Source of the DNA: Planctomycetota bacterium
GTDB lineage: Bacteria; Planctomycetota; SZUA-567; H5-PLA8
Reading direction: 5' to 3'
DNA length: 64,000 bases
Assembly: GCA_038227875.1 (NCBI GenBank)
Contig: JBBRPR010000002.1
Location: forward strand, 96,001-160,000
Position numbers and translations under genes: made by a program. Positions 9,170 to 17,095 of this stretch are shown here, piece by piece. Each line of letters opens with the position of its first letter. Position 1 is the stretch's first letter. Below the pieces are notes generated by a model. The model saw nothing but the letters and a program-made list of their open reading frames with translations, was not told the origin of the DNA and did not search any database.

Positions 9170-10738
9170 CTACGGATTCGGTGCTGTCGCAGGCGGTGCA
9201 GCCGCATCCCCGGGCAGCTTCCGCTTGAGGAACTCCGGGAGCACCGGGACGTCGGGGACTTTGCCGGTTTTCGCGGCGCCTTCGATCACGGCGGCAGCGC
9301 GGCGGGCGCTCCACGTGTCCAGCATCGTCAGCCGGCAGCCGCGCACGAAATCGCCGGGAGGTACGGCGGTCTCGTCGCCAGCCAGCGCTTTGGCATCGGT
9401 GCAGATCTTGTCGATGCGCTTGACCAGCTCCTCTTCCGATGCTCCGGCTTTCAACGCGGTGCGAAGGTCGAGCACGCAGGGAATCACTTCCGACGCGCCG
9501 GTGTCGGCGGTCATGAGCTGAATGTGGTTCTTGTCGATGTAGATGCTGTGCGACGCGCTGATCTTGCCGAGTTCGCAGAGCTTCGCGACGTAATCGAAGC
9601 CCGTCGCGTCCTTGGCCGACCACGCTTCGTCGAGCGTGCCGCCGCCGACTTCTTCCGCACTGATTTCAAAGCCCGTGAGATTGGCGAGGTCCTCGGAGGC
9701 CTGGCGGATGGTCTCCTTCTTATCCAGGCTGAAGCGCAGCGGCTGATTCATCTTCGTGAAGTAGTCCTGTACCAGCGGCTGGAAATGGACTGACTGCGAG
9801 CCGGGGGTGCCCAACGCCGCCAGCAGCGGTTCGATTTGCGTGAAAATTTCGCGGTCGGCGACGAGGTCGAACTTTCCCGGCGCGGTCACGGTCACCTTGG
9901 TTGGCTCCTGAGTGCCAGTATCGTGGAGCGTCCATTTGGTGATCGTTTGCGTGAACTGCGTGGTCTGTTCGGCCGTCCACGGTTCACCGCCCGGGGGGAC
10001 CGGGAGCGTAAACGACTTTCCGCGCAGGCGCAGGCGCGCGCCGTGTTCCTTGGTGGTGATAACCACGACGCGGCCTCGGACGATGTATTCGCAGTCCAGC
10101 AGCCGGACCATCCATTGCAGCGCCAGCGACGATTTCATGGCCGAGACGCGCAAGTTGATGTTCGGTGGATTCGAGGCCGTCACGGCCGGGTCGACGAAAA
10201 AGACCGCGTTCGTCTGCTGCTTGAATAATTCGAGCGCCGCGTCCAGTGGGACGTCGGCGAAGTCGAAGCTGATGACCGGCTGCAGGCGCGGTTCGACGCT
10301 GGGATCCGGGGGCAGGTACTGCAGCGGCGCGTCGGCAAGGACCTGGTCGAAATTCTTCGTGGCCTCTTCCAGCGAGCGGTTGTCTTCGATGCGCTGAATA
10401 TAGAGCTCGACGCGTTTGAGTCCCGCAATCAGCTCCGGACTTTCGTGGGCCCCCGGCCGCGCTTTGATCCGCTTTTCGAGCAGAGGGCGGATGCGTTCGC
10501 CCAAGGCGGAGAGTTTCACGGTTGCGGCCTGGCGGACGTCGAAGCTGTCATCATCGAGCTGCGTGAAGAGCGCCTCAGCGCCGCGGATTTCCTCGGGACT
10601 CAGCGGCGCAGTGGACGGTAATTGGACCGGCGGCGGGGATTCCGAGACATCGAGCGCGGTCGCGCTTTGCGCGCCGGTCCAGACGGCAAGGACGATCAGC
10701 GCATAGCGGACGATCAATGTTCTCTTGCCTTCACCCAT
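9170..10738 (-). CDS. secreted HEAT-like + STN/secretin-N-like domain protein (paralog of the adjacent anti-sigma ectodomain)
   Basis: Signal peptide; QLDDDSFDVRQAAT HEAT-like module; ISFDFADVPLDAALE..INLRVSAMKSSLALQWM STN-like pattern. Confidence 0.75.
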   Translation of the reverse strand: MGEGKRTLIVRYALIVLAVWTGAQSATALDVSESPPPVQLPSTAPLSPEEIRGAEALFTQLDDDSFDVRQAATVKLSALGERIRPLLEKRIKARPGAHESPELIAGLKRVELYIQRIEDNRSLEEATKNFDQVLADAPLQYLPPDPSVEPRLQPVISFDFADVPLDAALELFKQQTNAVFFVDPAVTASNPPNINLRVSAMKSSLALQWMVRLLDCEYIVRGRVVVITTKEHGARLRLRGKSFTLPVPPGGEPWTAEQTTQFTQTITKWTLHDTGTQEPTKVTVTAPGKFDLVADREIFTQIEPLLAALGTPGSQSVHFQPLVQDYFTKMNQPLRFSLDKKETIRQASEDLANLTGFEISAEEVGGGTLDEAWSAKDATGFDYVAKLCELGKISASHSIYIDKNHIQLMTADTGASEVIPCVLDLRTALKAGASEEELVKRIDKICTDAKALAGDETAVPPGDFVRGCRLTMLDTWSARRAAAVIEGAAKTGKVPDVPVLPEFLKRKLPGDAAAPPATAPNP

Positions 10739-10817
10739 ACGCGACGCGAGCCCCGGTCCCCATACTTAAAGGGGTAACCGAGGCATCGCGCATTTTTACT
10801 CAAATAGCAAGGGGAAT

Positions 10818-12656
10818 CTAAAATTCATCCTTCTTTTTCGGCTCCTGAACCGGCGTAGTCGGGACGCATTTAAAATTCGGATCACCATGCTTCCATAACG
10901 GTTGATTGCAAATCTTGCAGAAAAGCGTCTTTTTCAGCGTCTTGAAGAACCACGGGGCTGGCGGCGCTTTGGGAATCTTCCCGGTCTTCGCGGCCTCTTC
11001 CAGAACGGTATTGATGCGCTGGGCCGTCCATAGGTCGACGTTCCCACAATAGAATGAGCGGATGACGTGTCCCGTCGGCAACCCTTCTGCATTGGCGTCG
11101 TCGACGATGCCTTTCAACGCGGGCTCCAGTTTTGTAAGGTCGACACCAGCTTTCAACGCGGGGCGCAAATCGAACACGCAGAGCGTGGCGATTGGATTCT
11201 TCGGAGCCGCCATCAGGAACAGGGCATCGTTCCGGCAGGTAATCGTCACGCCGGCGATTTGGCAAATCTGGACCAGCGCGTCGCTCAAAGGAGCCTCTTT
11301 CACGCGCAGTGTGAGCAGGGCCTTATTTTTAACCGCGGCAGTCAATGGCGGGTCCATGATGATGTTCACTTTGGTCAACGAATTGAAGAAGTTGATCGCG
11401 TCTTCCAGCGTGGTCTCCTCGAAGTCAAACGTGACTTTCCGAGCGAGTTTGCGCTCAGCCTCGACCATCCACGCAGGCGGACCGGCAGGGGGCACTCCAT
11501 TCAATTCCAGAGCTTTGATCAGACTGTTGAAGCTGGCCTGATCGGGATCGGATGCAAGGACATTGACCTCGCCGGGTACGATCACAGAGATAAGACCAGC
11601 CGGCATCAGCTCGCAAACCTCCAGTGTTTCCTTGGCGCTCCAGGGCCCTTCGCCTTTGACTACCGGCAAGCGGTACGATTGGGGCCGTGACAGCAGGCGT
11701 GTGGCCCGCTCCGGCGTCGTCAAGATGATGACGCTGCCACGCTTCACACTGTTGAGGCCGCTGAGCTGTGCAATCCAGTCCAGAGCCAGATCGAAATTCA
11801 TGTCCGTGACGCGAAGACTGATCTTTTCATTCTTTTTTGCGGCAGCCAGAGCCGGGTCTATGGCCGTGTATATTCCCGTGATCTGGCGGGTGAACTGCAT
11901 TGCCTCTTCCATGTTGGTATCGACGAAATCAAACGTGACCTTACGCTGCAGTCTTTCGGCCAGTTTTTTGTCTGGCGCCAGGTACAAGGACTTGTCCTTT
12001 GGCGCCTTGTCGATCAGTTCTGAGAGCTGCTTGACTTCGTTCTCGTCCCGCCGTTTCAACGTTTCGAGCATTTCGTTGATGCGGGCCATCTCGTTCTTCT
12101 TGCCTTCCGCGCGGCTGAGACGGATCAGTTCCTCTTCCAGCGCGCCCTTGGCTGTCAGACCGCCGGCACTCAGCTTGACCAGCGCGATATTCCGTTCGCT
12201 GGGGTTGCCGGCTTCGATGCCGTACATCAGCGTATGCAATTCCGCCGTGGTCAGCTCCGCGGGTTCGACCTCGAGTTGAGGTCGTGGCTGAGGAAGATCC
12301 GGAAGTGGCGCTTCGTCGCCATGCGTCTCCCTTTTGTCATTCGGAATCGCCACCGTATCCTGATTCGTCGTGTCCAGTTTTTGGGGTGGCGTGACCGGCG
12401 CAACGCCGCGGGTCAGCTTCATCAAGGCGAAGAGCCCGATGATCAGCGCCAGCATCACCGCCGCGGCTAGAATGTGCCGCCGCCAGCCGGTCTCCGGACG
12501 CGCGATTTTTCCAGCCCGCGGTGCGCCGGTATTCAAACGTACTGCCAGTCCGTCCATGGTTCGCTCCTCGGAAGCCCGCGGGACTGCCAATTCCTGCCGC
12601 AGCAGTGCCTCGAGCTTCGGGTCAACATCTGGTTCTGTGTGGTCGTCGCCGTCCAT
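10818..12656 (-). CDS. putative membrane anti-sigma factor with two periplasmic STN-like domains
   Basis: TAATG overlap with the sigma stop; short cytoplasmic N-terminus, one TM (ILAAAVMLALIIGLFALM), two RKVTFDF..L.V domains. Confidence 0.75.
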   Translation of the reverse strand: MDGDDHTEPDVDPKLEALLRQELAVPRASEERTMDGLAVRLNTGAPRAGKIARPETGWRRHILAAAVMLALIIGLFALMKLTRGVAPVTPPQKLDTTNQDTVAIPNDKRETHGDEAPLPDLPQPRPQLEVEPAELTTAELHTLMYGIEAGNPSERNIALVKLSAGGLTAKGALEEELIRLSRAEGKKNEMARINEMLETLKRRDENEVKQLSELIDKAPKDKSLYLAPDKKLAERLQRKVTFDFVDTNMEEAMQFTRQITGIYTAIDPALAAAKKNEKISLRVTDMNFDLALDWIAQLSGLNSVKRGSVIILTTPERATRLLSRPQSYRLPVVKGEGPWSAKETLEVCELMPAGLISVIVPGEVNVLASDPDQASFNSLIKALELNGVPPAGPPAWMVEAERKLARKVTFDFEETTLEDAINFFNSLTKVNIIMDPPLTAAVKNKALLTLRVKEAPLSDALVQICQIAGVTITCRNDALFLMAAPKNPIATLCVFDLRPALKAGVDLTKLEPALKGIVDDANAEGLPTGHVIRSFYCGNVDLWTAQRINTVLEEAAKTGKIPKAPPAPWFFKTLKKTLFCKICNQPLWKHGDPNFKCVPTTPVQEPKKKDEF

Positions 12657-13204
12657 TACAGGTACCTCCGCAATTTCGCCTGCAACAGGGGCATCGCGCG
12701 CGACAATCGCGCGCGGACCGTGCCATGGGGAATCTTCAAGCGCGCCGCGATCTCCGCGGCATTCAGTCCTTCCAGATAGCGCAGCGTTACGACCAGCCGG
12801 TAGGACTCTTCGAGTTCCGCGACCGCTTCGCGCACTGCTGCACCGCGTTCGCTGCGAGTCGAGTCCACTTCCGGCGCGGCCGCGTCCGTCGCATTCAGTG
12901 TCTGTTGCGGCGGGACTTCGCGCTGCGAACTGCGCGCCTTGTTCAACGCGATGCGGTAAAGCCACGCCGGAAAGCGCGCCGGATCGTCCAACTGCGGCAG
13001 CGCTTTAAACGCGCTCAGGAACGTCTCCTGCGCCAGATCTTCCGCCTCATGTTCGTTGTGGAGACGCTGGCGCAGCAGCCCGAGCACCATTTTCACGTGG
13101 CGCCGCGCGAGGATTTCAAACGACGCCGCATCTCCCCGCCGCGCACGGTTGACCAGCGCGGCATCGCTCTGCTCCGTCGATTCCAAGTCCGGGCCGGAAC
13201 TCAT
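12656..13204 (-). CDS. ECF-family RNA polymerase sigma-70 factor
   Basis: SDAALVNRARRGD..F, AEDLAQETFL, FPAWLYRIALN, EIAARLKIPHGTVRARLSRA. Confidence 0.95.
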   Translation of the reverse strand: MSSGPDLESTEQSDAALVNRARRGDAASFEILARRHVKMVLGLLRQRLHNEHEAEDLAQETFLSAFKALPQLDDPARFPAWLYRIALNKARSSQREVPPQQTLNATDAAAPEVDSTRSERGAAVREAVAELEESYRLVVTLRYLEGLNAAEIAARLKIPHGTVRARLSRAMPLLQAKLRRYL

Positions 13205-13605
13205 CCGCGCCACTATATCCACAGCCAACTGGTTCTTCCCCCGATTCCTGGCAGCCCGTTGAAAGACGCAATGCCGTAGCATTTCTCCGTAAAACGCCGA
13301 GCAGTAACGGCGTTTTGCGGCGTCGGACAAGGGTTTAGCAATGGGCTGCCCCCGGGCATTTTCACTCTACTGAGCGTGTGAGGGAGTCGAGTGTTGCGAC
13401 TAAAACGATGAATTATGATTGATGAGTTATGAATTTTGGTGCCATCGATGCGCGCACGCTTGAGCGAAGCGAAAGCGTGAGCTCATCCGTTTGCCCAAGT
13501 AGATGATGAGATCGTTGGTTTTTGGTGGTCGCAAATTTGCGACCACGGTTTTGCGCACATTGTAAGAATGAAATGCGATGCCGTTCATTCGACATTCGAC
13601 ATTCG

Positions 13606-14967
13606 CTACAACTGCCGCGCGAGCAATTCCATCGGGTGCAGCACTTCGCACGACAGGCCGGCGGCTTTGCAGCCGTTGCGGATTTGCATCAGGCAGCCGG
13701 GATTGCCGGTCGCGACCAGTTCGGCCTTGGTGCCGGCGATCGCTTCGATCTTGCGCTGCAGAATCTTGGCGGCCATCTCCGGTTGTGTGAGATTGTAGAT
13801 GCCGGCCGCGCCGCAGCAGAATTCGGCGTCGGGGAGGGGGATCCACTTCAGGCCGGGAATGCTCTGGATCAGCGCCTTGGGCTGCGCGCTGATTTTCTGC
13901 GCGTGGAGCAAGTGGCAGGGCTCGTCGTAGCAGAGCGTCTTTTCGAGCGGCTTGATCGGGCGCACGGGCGTGAGGCCAGCCAGGACTTCCGAGACGTCCT
14001 TGACCAGCGCGCTGAATTCGTCTGCATGGTGTTCGCCGTGGAGCAGGTGCTTGTACTCCTTCAGCTGCGCGCCGCAACCGGCGGAGTTGTTGACGATCGC
14101 GTCGATTTTCAGGCCGTGGAAAATCTCGAGGTTCTTGCGCGCCAGTTTTCGCGCGTCGTCGGCCGCGCCGGAGTGGACCATCAGCGCGCCGCAGCACTGC
14201 TGGCCTTTGACGGTCAGCACTTCGACGCCGTGCGCCTGCAGCACCTTGATTGTGGCGCGGTGAATGTCGCCCATGAAACGGTCCATCACGCAGCCGGCGA
14301 AGAACGCGACGCGTTTTTTCGTCACGGGACCGTCGGCTGGAAAAATGTCGGGCGCGTTTTCGAGAAACGCGGGCTCTTTGAGTTCCGGCTGAAGAGCTTC
14401 GAGTTCGCGCAGGCGTTTGGGTAGCAGTTTCATTAGTCCCAGCGACTGCGCGAACTTGCGCAGGCCGCTGGTCTGCTGGAAACGGAGCGCGGAACAGATC
14501 AGGCTCAAAATTTCCGGGCGGGGCAGGATCTGTTTGAAGAAGACGGCGCGCAAGGCTCGTTCAACTACGCTCTGCGGCATCACCGGCTGCAGCGCTTCGC
14601 GCGCGTTTTCGAGAATCTGGCCATACTGCACGCCGGAGGGGCAGGCCGTCTCGCAGGCGCGGCAGTCGAGGCAGAGATCGAGATGGCCGACGACATCCGG
14701 CGTCGGCTGGAGCGTGCCGGAGGCCAGCGACTTCATGATGTACAGGCGGCCGCGCGGCGAATCGTTCTCGTTGCCTTCTTCGCGGTAAGTCGGGCAGGCG
14801 CCGAGGCACAGCCCGCAGTGGACGCACGACCGCAGCAGCGTGCTGGCGTGGTCGGGAAAATCGAAGAGCGGTCCGGGCGAGGCCGGTACAGCCGGCGCGG
14901 TGGCGGCTTTGAGTTCAGACGTGGCGGTGTCTTCAACAGTCAACGCGGGCGGGTGGCTGGTACTCAT
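13606..14967 (-). CDS. glcF: glycolate oxidase Fe-S subunit
   Basis: CVHCGLCLGACP and CLDCRACETACP ferredoxin motifs plus two CCG domains. Confidence 0.9.
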   Translation of the reverse strand: MSTSHPPALTVEDTATSELKAATAPAVPASPGPLFDFPDHASTLLRSCVHCGLCLGACPTYREEGNENDSPRGRLYIMKSLASGTLQPTPDVVGHLDLCLDCRACETACPSGVQYGQILENAREALQPVMPQSVVERALRAVFFKQILPRPEILSLICSALRFQQTSGLRKFAQSLGLMKLLPKRLRELEALQPELKEPAFLENAPDIFPADGPVTKKRVAFFAGCVMDRFMGDIHRATIKVLQAHGVEVLTVKGQQCCGALMVHSGAADDARKLARKNLEIFHGLKIDAIVNNSAGCGAQLKEYKHLLHGEHHADEFSALVKDVSEVLAGLTPVRPIKPLEKTLCYDEPCHLLHAQKISAQPKALIQSIPGLKWIPLPDAEFCCGAAGIYNLTQPEMAAKILQRKIEAIAGTKAELVATGNPGCLMQIRNGCKAAGLSCEVLHPMELLARQL

Positions 14968-15069
14968 GAAAGGCGAATGACTCCCGAAACACCTGTGGTC
15001 CTGACACGAACAATGATCGTATGCCGGGCCGTTTTGTAAATTGGAGAACGCGGCGATGTCAGGGCTGCG

Positions 15070-16266
15070 CTACACAACAAAGCGCCCCGAGTTGAACAGA
15101 CTATGCGGATCGAGCGACGCGCGAATGCGCTTCATCAATTCCCAATCGCCGCGCGGCGCGCCAAACGGTTCGGCGATGTTTACGCCTTGCATGTTTTCGA
15201 AGCGGAAGTTCGCGCCGAGCTTGGTCAGGGCGTCGCCGATTTTCGCGGCAGCATCGGCGGTCAATTTGGGAAGCTCGATCCGTCCGCCACCGGGATTGAC
15301 GCTGTAGGTCGTATTCGGCTGAATTTGCGCGACCGCGGCGACGCACTTTTCGAGCGCCGACGTCAGCGACCAGAATCGCACAGTGGCGCCTTGCGCATGA
15401 ACGGAGTTCGAAAGTCCGGCATTTGCTGAGGTCCATGTCGGGGATAGATCAGACCGCGTGAACGCCGCGCTGCAGGCTTTCAATTCGCTGTCGATGCGTT
15501 CGAGCTCTTTGGCCGTGCCCGATGCCAGTACCTGAACCGTCAGTCCATTGAGTTGCAATACTTCCAGCGGCAGATTGAGCGCGTCGATTTTCTGGAGCAA
15601 TTCAAAGCCGGTCGTCGCGCCGCCGTTCAGTGCGACGTTCCATTCCTGTCGCGCCACGGGGAACGGCCGCAGCTTGAACGTTACTTCCGTGATCAACCCC
15701 AGTGTACCGAACGAACCGATGTACAGTTTCTCGAGCGGAAATCCGGTCACGTTCTTCACGACTTTTCCGCCGCACTTTCGCGCCACGCCATCGCCGTTGA
15801 CGGTGCGGAGCCCCAGCACCTGATCGCGCAGCGTGCCGTAGCCATAGGACAACGGGCCGCTGAAATCCGTGGCGAGCAGACCGCCGAGCGTCGATTTCGG
15901 GTTGCCGCTGATCGGCAGCCACTGTCCGCGTTCGCCGAGTTTCTCCTGGAACGCGCCGAGCTCCATGCCGGCCTGCGCAGTCGCGACCATGTCGCCGGGT
16001 TCGTGTTCGACGAGCTGGTTCATGCGGCGCGTCGAGAGCGCAACGAATTTCTCGCGCGGCGCGCCGCTGCTGCCCTGCTGCGTGCCGCTGCCATACGGGA
16101 CGAGCTGGATCTTCTGTGCGATGGCATGGCGGATCAATTCGCAGGCCTGCGCTTCGTCGGCCGGTGCGCAAATGGCGCTGGGCGTTACGGCGTGAATCGC
16201 GCAGGCTTGCAAACTCGCCGCGTCGTCACAGAATCCGTCGCCGCAAATCGTTTTGAGTGTGCTCAC
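15070..16266 (-). CDS. glcE: glycolate oxidase FAD-binding subunit
   Basis: FAD_binding_4 pattern, STLGGLLAT, GGKVVKNVTG, GSFGTLGLITEVTFKL, LDP..LFNSGR. Confidence 0.85.
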   Translation of the reverse strand: MSTLKTICGDGFCDDAASLQACAIHAVTPSAICAPADEAQACELIRHAIAQKIQLVPYGSGTQQGSSGAPREKFVALSTRRMNQLVEHEPGDMVATAQAGMELGAFQEKLGERGQWLPISGNPKSTLGGLLATDFSGPLSYGYGTLRDQVLGLRTVNGDGVARKCGGKVVKNVTGFPLEKLYIGSFGTLGLITEVTFKLRPFPVARQEWNVALNGGATTGFELLQKIDALNLPLEVLQLNGLTVQVLASGTAKELERIDSELKACSAAFTRSDLSPTWTSANAGLSNSVHAQGATVRFWSLTSALEKCVAAVAQIQPNTTYSVNPGGGRIELPKLTADAAAKIGDALTKLGANFRFENMQGVNIAEPFGAPRGDWELMKRIRASLDPHSLFNSGRFVV

Positions 16267-16868
16267 AATCGCCTCTTCAGTGCCGCCAGCACGTACTTGC
16301 CCAGAATGTCCGTCTCGATATTAGAGCTCGCTGCTTTCTGCTTCGATCCGATGGTTGTGCGCGCGAGTGTTTCGGGAATCAGCGCGATCCAGAACGTGCC
16401 GGCCGCCGCGTTGCAGCCCGCGACGGTCAGACTGATGCCGTCGACGGCTATCGATCCCTTCTCCACAATCTGTTCGGCCAGCGCCATGTCGTCGAGCTGG
16501 TAATGCCATTCCGCCCAGCGTCCGCCAGTCACCGTATTCACAACGGTCGCCGTGCCGTCAACATGCCCCTGCACGAAATGCCCGCCGAGCGGACTGCTCG
16601 GGAGCAGCGACGATTCCAGATTCACGCGCGAGCCGGCCGCGCATTTCCCGAGCGTCGTGCGGCGAAGCGTCTCGGGCACCGCATCGAAGCTCGCGATGGT
16701 TCCGCTCAATTCCACGACCGTCAGGCAACAGCCGTCAACTGCGATCGACGCGCCGAGCTTGCAGCCCTCCGCCAGCGGCCCAATGTCGACGCCAATCCGC
16801 GTACAGTCCCCCGGCGCAGGCGCCAGACGCGTGACGGTGCCGATGTGTTGGATCAGGCCGGTGAACAT
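16263..16868 (-). CDS. ribE: riboflavin synthase alpha chain
   Basis: MFTGLI N-terminus, SIAVDGCCLTV, GGHFVQGHVDG, NIETDILGKYV. Confidence 0.97.
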   Translation of the reverse strand: MFTGLIQHIGTVTRLAPAPGDCTRIGVDIGPLAEGCKLGASIAVDGCCLTVVELSGTIASFDAVPETLRRTTLGKCAAGSRVNLESSLLPSSPLGGHFVQGHVDGTATVVNTVTGGRWAEWHYQLDDMALAEQIVEKGSIAVDGISLTVAGCNAAAGTFWIALIPETLARTTIGSKQKAASSNIETDILGKYVLAALKRRL

Positions 16869-16910
16869 GCGGGAAGTATCGCGGATGAAGAGGGGAGTGT
16901 AAAGGTGCGG

Positions 16911-17089
16911 GAACGGATGGGATCGGGGATCGGGCATCGGGCATCGGTCGATGGGTAAATCCATCGAACAACGGATCCCTTGTTGGAAGACTCGAAATTT
17001 TTAATCATTGAAATTAAAGGGATCGCAATCCGGCCGTGCGTGTTCCCAACGACCGATGCCTGATGCCCGATCCCCGATGCCATCCGTTC
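16911..17089. repeat. ~178-bp hairpin/MITE-like element, copy 3
   Basis: Same TIRs (GAACGGATGGGATCGGGGATCGGGCATC...GATGCCCGATCCCCGATGCCATCCGTTC). Confidence 0.9.
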
Positions 17090-17095
17090 GGGCTC

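Noticed and set aside
13525..13546. Perfect palindrome GTGGTCGCAAATTTGCGACCAC as a specific operator
   Set aside because: Single occurrence among repeat debris downstream of glcF; cannot be distinguished from a REP-like hairpin
7884..17089. Repeat-spacer-repeat units as a CRISPR array
   Set aside because: Repeats are inverted, dispersed over 9 kb, interiors are homologous to each other, and no cas genes are present
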